This document shows positions 1-12,605 of a stretch of DNA of 64,000 nucleotides, piece by piece. This DNA is from Haplodiscus bocki. Taxonomy: Eukaryota. The notes beneath the pieces are model-generated. The model was not told the DNA's origin. It searched no databases and saw nothing but the letters and a program-made list of their open reading frames with translations. Within the stretch, counting starts at the first letter, position 1; each line of letters starts with the position of its first letter. The translations under genes and the position numbers were made by a program. The DNA is taken from positions 30,256,001-30,320,000 of the forward strand of contig OZ296651.1 in assembly GCA_965655095.1 (NCBI GenBank). The letters are read 5' to 3'.

Positions 1-2550
1 TGGCTCAAGTGGTTGTCGAGTATGCGGCCCCCGGGTTGCAATTGCCAGCACTTCTCTACGTCTTGTGTTAAATTTCCTTGCAAAATTTCTTGCGTGTTCG
101 TTAGAAGTGAATTTCGCGTCGAGCTGCAACCCGACGAAGGTTGGACTCTTTCAGTACTGGAACTCTGCGCCTTTTACGGCAGGTTTAACAGGCTTTTTAC
201 TGTTGCTCTGTGCTGGATCCAACGTAAAGATCGTGCAGTTGTACTTTTCGAGGCTCATACAAACCTTTCCTTTGTGGCATCACTCCTGAGACGCATCGAG
301 GTCTGGTTGCATGATTTCTTTGCAGTGTTCAATGCCGGAGTGCGTGGTCAATAGCGCAGGCTATGCGATCAAATGGCTGGAACCTGCTCCTGGGCGTTTG
401 CTCATGATAATTCTCGGGAGGTCGTCGCAGTGACATCAGCCAGAAAGTAGGCTCTAGAACCGACACTTGTAGGAAACCTCCACGAAACACGCGTTCCTAG
501 AATGGTCTTCCGTTCAATTGGGCATTGGCGCATCAGTCATTGAGCAAGGACTTTTCCAATTTGATCAGACACGTAGGAACCTGACTGATCCATTTTTCAA
601 TACAGAGCACTTTTCAAAACCCTGTGGTAGGTACGTTTCTTTTGTTCTAGGCCATCAAAGGCATCTTGTACGATTCTTGCTATCTGTTCTTCCGGAATGC
701 TGCCTGACAGTTGGCTAGAATTCAACTAGACTCAAAGATGTGCACCAGTTTTATAGCAATTAGTCCTAACAATATTCTTTATACGCAGCTGGTTAGTGCG
801 ACGGCGGTAGCTTCCCGGTTGGTCCCTCGACTTATTCTTTTTGCGCATCGGAACATTTACTGATCTCCTCCAACCGGCCGGAGTCACCTTTCCAGTAATT
901 GACTTCTTGAATAGGCCCCACTCGTTGCTTCACCTCGATTCCTGAGCATCGTATTGCACACTTTGTCGTCGACGGTAGCATTGCATGTCTTCAGCACCCT
1001 CAAGCTTGTGTTCAATTCACGCATCGTCAGCGAGCTGCAAGCACGTTCTCGCTTACAGGTGCAGGCTTTCTGTTCACTGTGCCGTCCGCCTTTCCCTTGG
1101 TACTCTAGAAATCTCTGCGTACAGCCGGCAGAATAGACCCGCTCTGTAAGACAGCAGGTTTTGTCTCGCTTCCGTACAATCGATTATTTCATTGAATCAG
1201 CTCGGAACCATTTTTTAGGTTCTCCCCGCCCCGTGAAGTTTTTCATGGCACAGGAGATATCGGTATCCACGGTAATTTTGATGCACGTCTCATTCCAAAA
1301 CTTCGAGTCGGATGCCTTTGTCTTTTGGTTTCGGACGGCGCGGAAGGATTAAATATCTTCGTTTTTGCATCGTTCGGCCCGGTTCCTGGCTGCGTTTCCA
1401 TTGGATCCTACATCTTGGCAACTGTTGCTCCAAAAATCTTTGTTCTCCGGCGGCTCCATTGAGATTGCCTTCCTTGAGGTTACCGGAATGTCACCAATCA
1501 GGTGTCTATAGATCTCGGTCACCGTGACTCCTCGTGGGTCGCTCCAAAGGAGCTCCTTTTGGAAGGTAGCCCATCTGGCTTTCTTAGAAGCAAACGTTGG
1601 TTTCCATTTCCCATCCGAGGTCTGTTTATTGTGTATATGGAAGAACAACGGTAGGCGGTTGGATCATATGTCCTTCGATTTTTCCATGTGTCCCGTACTT
1701 CTGGGATCAGCCCGTTTGAGGCAAGAGTTAAATCCTGACTCGACTTACAGCTTGGTGGCATGTAGTAGTTCCCGGAAGGACAGATTACCAGTCCTCCGTA
1801 GCCCGGGACCTTTTCCCGGGGGTATACACGCGTGATATCCTGTTTCTCTAAAAGGATCGTTGCAAAAGCTGGTCCTCGTGTAACCAGACCGGGCTACCTT
1901 TGGGAAAAGCACATCGCATCTCACCATTGTCATCACTCCTCTTCTGGGTTTGTTCCCATATGGCACACCGTCTCGACCAGGTGCTATTCTGTAGTCCACG
2001 CCGTAGTGTATTTTGCAGAAGTATTACTGCCGTTTCCTTGTCCGCTGGTACTCGTGAGAGCCCAACAATTTTTGCTCTTGCTCCGTTGCATTTGGCAGAA
2101 AAAAGTAGCCTGGTGCCTCTTATGTTTTGCCTGCGCGGTCTTCAGTTCTTGCATTTAAACCTCTATTAATCCCTCTTGAATGCAATGCTCGTGGGTCCAT
2201 TTTCGACATCCTTGACAGGAGACACAGAAGCAGCTTTCACCGCAGACATGATACTCCCATTTCTGGTTTGTGCATGTTATGCAGACGTAGTTCTGGGGTG
2301 GTTCACAGGCACAGACTCCGAAGCATCGTGTGTGGCTCTATTCTGTACACACGACGCACTGCATTATGCCCACTCCTGCTTTCTACAGAATGGGCATTTG
2401 TGCACTGGGCGAGGGTTTGAGTGCACATCTCCACATCGGGCCACTGGGAACATATTGGGCCCAGCTCGGTTGAGTGCGAGTCGGGGGCTGACAACATCCA
2501 CTACCTCAGCAAAAACACTATTTCTGTGTTGGTTGGCATCGGGGTATAAT
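1..2550 (-). mobile_element. Decayed non-LTR retrotransposon (PHD fingers + APE endonuclease + RT; Ingi/Vingi-like), running off the window start
   Basis: Manual minus-strand translation across frameshifts. PHD-like CGESCFCVSCQGCRKWTHEHC (~2180-2250). APE start CNGARAKIVGL..VILLQNT (~2010-2090), GVMTMVRCDVLF, and SSQDLTLAS..W. RT remnants SLLND*CANAQLNG..GFLQVSVLEPTF..DDLP (~420-570) and SPTFVGLQLDAKFTSNEH (~95-150). Clade assignment is inferred. Confidence 0.75.
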
Positions 2551-2879
2551 TAAGGTATTTATGCAAACACAGTGCTCAATTGAGTAGTTGTTTTCATCAA
2601 GGGTTTCTTGGGGTGGAATCCTAAATTCTAATAGGACACCGAATCGAACAGAAGACAAATTCGGCCCAAAAAACTGATTACCTCTGATTAAGGGTAATTA
2701 TCCAGCGTCAAGTAAAAATTGCGTAAACTTATATCACAGTAAGTAGCGCCAATAGGAAAAATAAACCAATAACCACCAAAACAGCAATAGTTAATGCACA
2801 AGCCATCTGATCTAAACTTATTATTGTTGACATTTCCACAAGCATATCTTTCGCTTTCTAACTTTGTTACACAGACGCA

Positions 2880-5800
2880 AAGCGAAACTTCGCAACACAT
2901 TCCAACTTGTTATTCAAGATCAAAGACAAAGTTTACACAGAGAGACATCTGAACCTTGATTGGATCCATGATTGACCCTTTTAGAAATACTGCCCCAGAT
3001 GTCGATGAAAAGGTTGCTCGAAAAAGTCGAATTGAAACAAGTCACCTTGACGGTGTCTACTATTCGAGAAGTTGATGTGTCAATCATGTCTTTCAGGGAT
3101 TGTTTTTTTTGTAGCTCAATGTATAAAAGTTTTACACAGTAAACAACGCAAAAATGAACAAAGCTAGGTGCCCAAAAACCGGTAAAAGCAAAAAAATTTT
3201 AAGCTCTCAAAATGCCATATATTAGTCAAAAAGACGTCAAAAGAGCTTCAAAAGCTTCCTGTCTCACTTGTCAATCATGAAGACTTTTGACTTTTGAATG
3301 GAGCATCGGAAAGAAACTTGCATAATTTCACTCAAATGAGTGTATATATAAAAAAGCTTTTCTTCACCCAACTTTTGTCTAAAACTTTCAGCTTCGGCAA
3401 TACAGACAACGAAAAACTAGTTTTAGACAGTAGAGCTTGAATGAGCATGCAGAATAATTTACTTGAAATGGTACAGTAAACACGGAGAGTGGCCTCCGCT
3501 CTAGCTCGGGGACTCGAAAGGGTAAAAATCAGAGGGGCAAAGCGGAAAATCGCCACATTCTTTGTGAGTTGAGGTCACGAATCCCGAAAAACATTTAAAA
3601 CCATAAGAAGAGACTACCCCAGTTATCAATCAATAGTTTGTCCGAAAGCATCAAATTAGGACAAAGACCTGTCAAAGGTTCGTATACTCAGAAGTTGATA
3701 TGCCAATCACGTTTTTTAGGTAACGCCATTTTGCTGCCGAACGTTTAAATTTGAACAGTAGAAAACAGCAATGAACAACTCCAGGCAAAAAGCCCTATTG
3801 ACGGCTTACATCCGATGACTGGATTTCTAACGACGTCAAAAAATGCAAGTTTTGAACAAGACAAAAATAGGCACCAAGGGTGCCGGGCATCAAACTCTAA
3901 GAATTTAGAAAAGTAAAAAATTAGAATTGAATAGTTTGCACGCTTTCGGTGCATTGGGAATCAACAGAATTTGGAAATGATGACGGTCATCATTCTGAAC
4001 TCCGCAACAGTTTCTGAATTGTCGGTTGAGATCACGGATCCCAAAAGACATTTTAAACCATGATCGGATATAGATTTGGCACTATGAGAAATAATACACC
4101 AGCTCTCAATCAAATCCTCAACGTACTCAAACTACATTCGCAATTTCCAAAAAAAAAACATCAAAAGATCCCTCAACCCACAACTCTCTTGATACATAAT
4201 TTCGGGCAGCGCCGACTTTGGCAGTTCACATCTTGTTGAGTCATTTTGGGAGCTTTAGTTTTTGAGATATTAACTAGAACATCTGTCATTCTAAAGTAGA
4301 GTTAATTTCCGCAATGAATTATATAACAACTGGGGCGCAAAACGGGTATACGTTCAGCTTAGGCTTATTTGCTAATTAAATAATTGGGCTAATCAGCGAA
4401 ATAAGCGGGACCGAAGTTTATATTCTGTGCGAAGTTGTCTTATGCGGGATTTGGTTTTTGGTCCGAAAAGTCATAGAGCCGAAACTTAGCATGACAATGC
4501 GTTCCCGATTTAAGTAGGTTCGGTGTAATATGCCCAGAAGTTTATTCAGCCACACAAACTTTCAGAACTCCGACAATGAATGTAGTTTTATGGGAATTTT
4601 AATCATACTTTAAAAGTTGTACAGATACAAGTGACAACTTGTCCTTTATTTGGCAGTCTAGAAAAATAAAACTAAATATCTTTTACACACTCAGCTAATC
4701 ACAAAAATGCTTGAAAATCTGACCCTTGAATTTCTGACCGAAATAAAGTTCAAGGTCCGCAAAACAATTCCCTCAGCGCATGAACCACTAAAAAGAACAT
4801 TAAATTATTACTAATTACAACTAGCACCAAATTTCATTCGAAGAAATAAATGTCAAATTTGAGATTATTTGCAAGGCCAAAAAAATTCTAGCTGCTTCAA
4901 GGCCATGCCAAAATGACATACTGGCCAACATCACAGACTTTCCAAGCTTGCAGGCGAATTTGCGGTGGGAACAGGAAAACATTTATTAATTCTGAATTGG
5001 GCTTTCACTATAGGGACTTAAACTGTCATTGTAATCACATATTGCTTGTCCATGTGGTAATTGAAAATCCAAGCATCAATTTAATGCTCTACCGAATTAC
5101 AACACAAACCACATGGGAGACGCCAAAATAATCGGAATGGTACCCTTTATTCAGCTTGATAGGAAGTATTTAACCCTTCAGGTATAAAAGAGCGAGTCAG
5201 TCTCATTTAAACAAGAATTAAACACCATTTATTATGCGCAGGTGTCGTCACGCTCTACAAACCTTTTGTTATTTCTGCCTGCGCACAGAGTAAAAATTCA
5301 ACTATATCAATCTTTCATGAACTTTCACAGCTAGGCTTTCCACGAGCGAAATTTGCATCGGTACAAAATGAAAGGGGCATTATTGCCAAATTAGAAGTTC
5401 AAACGTATGCAAACATCGGCAACACTTTGTGCCAATTTTTTTTGGAGAAACCTGTCTATCAAAAATAGAAGCCGAGAGTGTTAGAGATGTCACAAACAGA
5501 AAATAATGTTGTTTAAGAAAAAGGAAGAAAAAAATTGTAGAACCACAACTTCAGAATATTTTTTCAAAAATGAGTCCACGGGACGAAACATTCAATCCTC
5601 AAGAAGCTTCATCGTCAGAGCTTCGCCTAAAAAAGTCGACAATTAAAATGATATGAGAGTTCTTTGAATACTAGTTGGTAACAGAAAGTTTTGAACGTAA
5701 GAAAATTGCAAAAAAACCCAGAAAAATTATCATTTCAGTTTCAGTAAAAATTCGCTTTAAAGAAACAATGTAAGAAAAAATCACACATCTCTGTGAAGAT

Positions 5801-8800
5801 TTGTCACTCCATCAATTGTCAAAATTGACACTTAAAATTTATTTGTAGTAGAGGTTAACTGATTACCAAATCATGTTGGAAAATGTATATACGATTATTG
5901 GAGGCTTTACTATCTCCCGCTTTTTCATCTTCTGAAAGTCTGAAAAAGCTGAACACAAAGGAAACGCGGATCTTCGCAACACATTCTGACTTGTCGGTTG
6001 AGATCACGCATCTAAACGACATTTGAAACCATGATCGAGGACGTGATTGACACTTTTAGAAGTACTACACGAGCTGTCAATGAAAAGTTTGCTCGAAACA
6101 GTCAAACTGAGACAAGTACCCATCAGAGGCTCTTATACTCGAGAATTTGATTTGTCAATCATGTGTTTTCAGGTTACGCCATTTTGCAACCCAGTGTTTA
6201 AATTTGCACAGTAAAAAACGCCAAAATGGACCAGAACCTGCCGAAAAGAGGTCGTTTTTGATCGTTTACACCAGATGATCAGACTCTCTAATGACGTCAC
6301 AAAATGCAAGTTCAGGACAAGATGGAAAAAAACTAAGCACATTCCGGTTTCCAACAGACATTCTTCCAACCACTCAGAAAGTGTAAAAAAGTTTTATCCT
6401 TAAAATTCCGAGATTATTTTCCATTCTGTTTAGTAATTATTGAGTTGATCTCAATGACGATTACAATTGAATGAAAATGGTAGATTTGGAGGGGGTGAAA
6501 AAATTCTCAAAGACTTGGGTGACTCCAAAAGTGAAAACTTTCGGATATGTTGTAGAAATTAACAATAAATTTGGCCTTACATTTCTCCATGGCAACATTT
6601 TACTGAATGCAATATCTTACTGAACCATTTTTTGTGTTCTAGTCTAAACTTTTTCCAGTAGTCATTTAGTTCACTTGTAACAATGTTCTAGAAGCCTTTT
6701 CACATCTGACGATGATGTATAACATCGAAAAACAATGTCAATAAAATCTTTCAATTCACTGAAAAGTGGAAATTTTTCTGCTTCTTCTCAGTGGTCAAAA
6801 TTTTCAAGCGCCCGCTGTATCTGCATGAATTCTTCGAAAATTCAAAATGAAGGATGTGAGAATAAAACTATGGAGAATTTTTAAGAGAGAGGCGAAATTG
6901 TGCTTCGCGACACTTGCGCCGACGGAATATTAGGGAACAAATCGACTCATTATAACTGATTATATTATTCAATTTCTTCCATTAGGAATACAATCTAGAG
7001 CTCCCAAAAAAATTCAATGCGTCTAATTCTTGCCTTTTATTCTCGTTGACGAAAAATCCTTGCTTAAATTTAAAATTCTAAGAAAAAACTTGAATGAAGC
7101 CAAGTTTGTAGAAACCACTCATTCAATTTCTTTCAACTAGCGGTCAATTCTAAGATCCCTCTGTTTTAAATTCCGGAAAATAATTGAAAAAAGTGCAAAC
7201 ATTTGTTCTGTGCAGGGAAATTCCAAAATAAATTTCCTCTGCATCAATTGACTCGATTCTCTTCAACCGGATTTAATCCGGAATCTTTTTGAACATTGAA
7301 TTAGGTTTCAACAATTTCAGCGCTTATCGCTTGCTGTCGCTCACCTCTAGCTTAAGTCACGCTGATATAGAAAACTTAGTGGCTGGAAACTGATCACTGA
7401 TTTTCGAAAGCAAATTCTCTGAAGCTTCCCGTTTTATTGTTAGCAGAACACCGGCACATGAAAAGTCTTTTGACTCTAGTGGTGTCGAGTGAAACACTCA
7501 AAATTGAGGAGCCGAAGCTTTGAAACTCCGGAGGGTAACTTCTCCAAAATTAGATTAATTGCACGCTGGCAGCAATTTCCCGAGAAGATACTTCCATATG
7601 ATGGAACTTTGCGTTCAATCAGATAAGCGCAAATTTCATTCTTCATTTGAGCTTACAGCGCTTACTTCGAAATAGCGTCTTTCACTTTTTCGCACTTTCA
7701 CTTTAGGCGACCTAATGCACTACTTTTGAAAGTGGATTGATTTGATTGAAAAAATCTTGGTTAACTGTAACTGTGCCCAAAAACAAAAATACTACATATG
7801 TAATTTTTTAGAGGGATGTAAGATGATTTCAGAGGGAAAGTTTTACGCAAACCGCTTCTTCTTTGATGTCTCAAGATTAACAAGACTGGAAATCTTAAGC
7901 CGGCGTTGCCCGCAAAGCTGTAGATGTATAAGGGGGTATTATAGAAAATTCGGGAGGTGGGTTAAAAAGAGGGGACACATTGAAAAACGCAACAAGCCGG
8001 GAACGGCCTAAGTCGGCGCCGCCCGTACGCCATGGCGGAAGCTTTTGCTGTTTAAAAAGTTTTGAATTTCAGGAAGAAGCAATCAAAAGCAATCAAGATT
8101 TTTCGTCCAAAGTTTAATCAACGCCAGTCTTTTTTACCAAGAATTTAGCGACCTCATACACTATCTAGAAAGCTAAGAAGTTGAGAAAACGGTGCTTGCC
8201 TTTCTGAATTTTGGTTTTTGCAAAAGGTAACACGATTTTTTTGGCATGAATATCACCAGAAAGCTTTGAGAGCAAGCAAAAAGGGATTGTGGACATTATT
8301 GATATTCGCGTTTTTGATTTTTGATATTGGCGTTTTCAAAAAATTCGCATACGAAGGGTATCTCCAAAATTTTTCGAGCTTGTCTTTTGTAACATTTTTG
8401 GTATCTGCAAAGGGGCATACAAAAAAAAATTTTCGAAATTTTTCGTCTCAGCACCGAATAACATCGAGAATCTTTGTAAACAAAATGAGCAAAAATCAGG
8501 GCTCGAACACCAATGCAAAGGCGAAAAAGATGTTTGACAAACGAGAAATTTTTGAAACGAAAAATTTGAAGAATCAAACTCGGATTTATTCTCAAAGAAA
8601 ACTGCCCTAAAAATTTCGACAGCACCTTTCGAAAATCAATAATTGAAAAAAGGAAACGCAGAAAGATTTTGTCTTGGGTTTAAGCTATGTACATAGGTTC
8701 ATTCGGGCGGAGGGCATCGAAAAATTGCCCAGCACATTTGCAAAACCATTTCACGTCTCAGACCATCCCAACTGTTTACTCCTGGTCTCTGTGTGACTAA

Positions 8801-9320
8801 TTCCGAAAACTATATCATGCATAAATGACAAACCATTATCAGGGTACCAAATACAAGCCAGAATTTGAGAAAAAGTTTTGTTTCTGCCTGCTTCTAGAGC
8901 TTCCGTTAAAGCTCCCAAAATAGTGCTTGGTCATTACACTGCTTAATTTCCATTGCTACACAAATCTGTTCTGATTCCGACAAAATTATAGAGCTTCCAC
9001 AAAAAAATGCAACTGATATGAAGGAATTCTATGGAAAAAAATTATGGAAATACCACTCCATGCCAAGGAAACACCAGCCAGTCACTACACCAGCTGACAA
9101 TCAAGAGGTTGTTGAAAAAGACCGAAGTCACAGTGTCTCACTCGAAAAGTTGATCTGTCAATCAAGTCCTTTCAGGCTACGTCCTTGCTACCCAATGTTT
9201 CAGAAGTGTGCTGAGTAAAATGCAAAATAGAAGTAGTACCTGCCACACTGTCTCATATTCAAAACATTGATATCAATAATGTTTTTTTTTCAGGTTACGA
9301 CATTTTACTGCCCAATGTTT
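2880..9320. repeat. Dispersed degenerate repeat family (copies ~2880-3260, 3540-3900, 3995-4100, 5965-6360, 9090-9320)
   Basis: Recurrent motifs cgcaacacattc-acttgtcggttgagatcacg and ctcgagaagttgat-tgtcaatcatgt-tttcagg in each copy. Confidence 0.6.
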
Positions 9321-9357
9321 AGGATAGTATTAAAGGCTTTAAGTGATAAATACGGGT

Positions 9358-10018
9358 TCAAGACTAGGCAGGAAATATAAAAAGCGGTTTTGTTTGGAGA
9401 GGTTTACCTTGATTCTCTAGGTATATTGATGCCTTTTGAAGATTCTTGGATGTAGAAAATGAACGTTCCTTCCGACATCAGTTTCGGAAAATTGACATTC
9501 CCTAGCTTGTGAGTCAGGGCATTTTTACACCATATTTATTTTGCGCCATATTAAAAATATGGAAGCAAAATCTTTCTCTCAAATGCGCTATTTCTGACGG
9601 TTTTTACCCGATGTCTGCCAATTGCGTTCACGCCAACATCCGCAACTTTGTTCACGTCTGAACGTGAAATTATTTTGTTTTCACCAAATTTTAGCAAATT
9701 TGCCGTAGAATGCGACTGGAATAGAAAGAATTCTCAAAACGTTCAAAGTTTGGGATTTTTTGGAAAAATAGATAAATTTTTCAAAATCTCTACAAGTGGC
9801 AAATTTCTTCTAGAATGCGTCTCAATTGATATTTTTTTCTTGAAAATGTCTTTCCACCTTATTTTTGAGGTTTTTTGGCAAGAATCAGAAATTAAAGTTG
9901 GCAAAGTTAGAAAATGTGATGAACAGATTATTTGAAAAAAACGCTTTGATCCTTCTAAAAGGCATCTTTAACAATGTTGGAGGGCGCAAAATATTCCGGA
10001 GGTAGCCGGGTGTCTTGT
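9358..10018. mobile_element. Putative non-autonomous TIR element (CAAG...CTTG family; related ends at ~7990, 14128, 25585-25618, 26020-26050, 26070)
   Basis: caagactaggcagg at the left end and ccgggtgtcttg at the right end. Similar aacaagccg(a/g)gaacggcc termini recur elsewhere in both orientations. Confidence 0.4.
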
Positions 10019-11881
10019 TTGATGATCCATCCAAATTCAAATGCAAACATAGAAAAGGTGGAAAGATTTCACATGATTCAAAAATCCATCAGAATGCGCA
10101 GAATACGTTTTTTTAAAAATCCCAAAATTTTCCTCCGGACATGTAGAATGCAGTTTTGACAACTCTGCTAAAAATTGTTGACTCAAAGTCCGAACAAGAT
10201 TCGAAAGTTTTGATGTTTCGAAAAAAACTAAAAAATGTTCCTCTGGGCCAATTTTGTCAAATATTGTATTTACTATAATAGGAGGGGGCCTTCTCGCTCC
10301 CTAGTCTGCCAATGATTTTCTTGAAATTTTCAGCCATTTCATTCTAGAGCCCTTTGTTAACTACGGTCGACAGAAAACATCGCAGCGCTGTTGCGACTCT
10401 TTTAATTTCAGTTACCATTCGCGTTCATTCTGACATAGTTAAAAAAGTGATAGCAGCTATCAACAAGAGAACTTCAATTTTCACCTTCTTTTTCATAGAT
10501 TGACTCACCTTTGCATGCTTTCTCAGATGAACAATATTTTGAACTAATTTTCAAATAAATAGGAACGTTGGGAACTGATTTCTGAACCAACATAGAAGAG
10601 CTTTACCGATGTTGGATAACATCGAACAGTGCCGATTTACTTGACTTTTTCACTATCCTTTTAGTTGGCTCTTTTAGTATAAAAATACCAATCTAAAGTC
10701 ACGTTTTTCGAAGACTTACTGCTTAAGGGTGCATATTTTAGTTTCAGCGTATGTTCAAACGGTACCAAAGCTGAAAGCTCGGGCACAAATGCAGTGCTGG
10801 AAGGAAGGAGATTATTGGATACATCGACTGAAATTTTACCATGTTCAACATTTTCATAAATTTCTCACCAATGCCCAAATTCAAAATTTGCCATGGGTTC
10901 TTCCAGAATTTTGCTGAATATACTAAAATAATGCGTGGGCCTTGCTGAGGCCACTGACACGTCGTGGGTCTTGTTACGTGTGGTATACTATGTCACACAA
11001 ACCGAGAACCTTTGTTCTTTCAAACAGCCAGGACTTGTTCTTTCATGTCTATTGACACTGTCTACGTCAAAATATCAAGTCCGACAACTTTTCATTGCTT
11101 TGAAGATTTAAAATTACTGTTTTGTTCTTTTTATGCTGATAAAATATTGTTTGGAACCATGCAAAGACCACCTACACGCCGTATGTCCCATCATGTTGGC
11201 AAGATTTGCTAATTATGAGCACTTAACTACCTCAATTTTTTTGTGTTCATAGAAGTTTTTTTTAAAACCATCAAAATGTCTCTACTTTCAAAAAGTTTTC
11301 TATGCTGCATAGAAAATGCGTATTCTTTTGCCAACGCGCATCGAAGATTTTCCCAAAAACTTCCAAGGTGCAGCAGATCTAAAATGTTCCATGCATTTTC
11401 TAAAATTAGTAAAATCTGCATGCAGCTTCAATTAGGGTACCGATTTTTTGAGTTTTTTCGTTATGAGATGACGCTAAGTTTTTCACCTAATATATAATCA
11501 CTTCGAGTCATTTCTCCCCGGGCTACCATAGCGCAACTCTCGTGAAGCACTTTGCCATAGCTCAGAGATAGAAATCGCTAGTATTTTGTATAGAAGATTG
11601 CGTCTCGGAAAAGAAAACCATTCTTTTCATCAAGTTTCAAATGCCATTAAGATACAGCAAAGCCAAAAAATTAACATCGAAACAACTTAGTGGAAAAATC
11701 ATAAGCAGAATGAGCAAAAGAAAAAAAACATGTTTTGGAGTAACAAGAATAGCAAATGAGTTGGGGCTGAAGACTTCATGTGGGGTCAAAGTTTTAAGCA
11801 AAAATCGCATTGATTTGCTTAATCTCGTATCGGCGAAAAAATTCAGAAAAATTCATATTTCTAAACAAGTAAGTCACAAAC

Positions 11882-12255
11882 CTTGGCCTGTTGAGCGACC
11901 TTTTCCGCATCTCTTTTCATCGTCAGCATTTTCTGTCTCGCTTTATCGCAGTAACAAACAGCCGCGAACTCAATTAGAGCACCGAAAACGTAGAAGAAAC
12001 ACATTCCAAAATAAACATCGAGGGCTTTTATGTTCGACACTTTGGGCAGTTGACTGTTCACGGTGCCCATCAGTGTAATCATCGTCAAAACGGTTGTGAT
12101 GGCGAGAGATGCCCGAGCAGGAATGGACTTGGGGTCGACCCAGAAACTCACCCAGGATAAGTTGACAATCAACGTTGCCGGTACATAGCTTTGCAACACA
12201 AAATACAGAAGTCTCCGTTCAAATATAAAGATCACCTCCAAATCACTGAAGTTTC
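11882..12255 (-). CDS. Cys-loop ligand-gated anion channel subunit (GABA-A/RDL/GlyR family), exon encoding TM1-TM3
   Basis: GNFSDLEVIFIFERRLLYFVLQSYVPATLIVNLSWVSFWV..PARASLAITTVLTMITL..LPKVSNIKALDVYFGMCFFYVFGALIEFAAV. Acceptor tttcag at 12256 (phase 1), donor aag|gtttgt at 11881 (phase 0). Confidence 0.95.
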
Positions 12256-12549
12256 CTGAAATGAAGGGAAATTATTCAATACCGATCGTGCTTTTTTTCA
12301 AACTCGCTTCATTTCCCAATTCAGAAGCATCAACGTTTGTTCATAGTATCAATTTCTTGTGTAGCGTAGGATGGAAGGAAGTCCGCAGACACAATCGATT
12401 TATTTATCGTTTTTTTAAATCGCACAACTTAATTGCAAAAGTTTCTCTCTGTCGACATAGTTAATAAAATGCCCGAAAATAACAATCGCCTTTTTCTTCA
12501 ACAGTGCTAGAGGATCAATTCTAGTAATGCTGATATCTTGTTAACAATA

Positions 12550-12605
12550 CGTCTCCGTGGCCGAGGGTGTTCGGAATCCAAAGGTTGAGGGTCCGAATCG
12601 CAGCA
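12550..12605 (+). repeat. tRNA-derived (SINE-like) head, degenerate
   Basis: A-box-like tggccgaggg and B-box-like ggtccgaatc. No complete cloverleaf. Confidence 0.3.

Noticed and set aside
2712-2900. Minus-strand hydrophobic stretch (MACALTIAVLVVIGLFFLLALLTVI) as receptor TM4, and tggcgctac as an LTR primer-binding site
   Set aside because: It lacks the TM4 signature (D..SR..FP..YW). The neighbouring element is non-LTR, and the apparent TG terminus belongs to a dispersed repeat.
10260-11500. Possible decayed transposase or polymerase fragment (DGTYG on the minus strand)
   Set aside because: Single short motif with no continuous frame, TIR or TSD.
11641-12078. Plus-strand ORFs overlapping receptor exons or pol/env (e.g. 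11641-12078, 24338-24661, 36893-37381)
   Set aside because: Antisense shadows of genuine minus-strand coding sequence.
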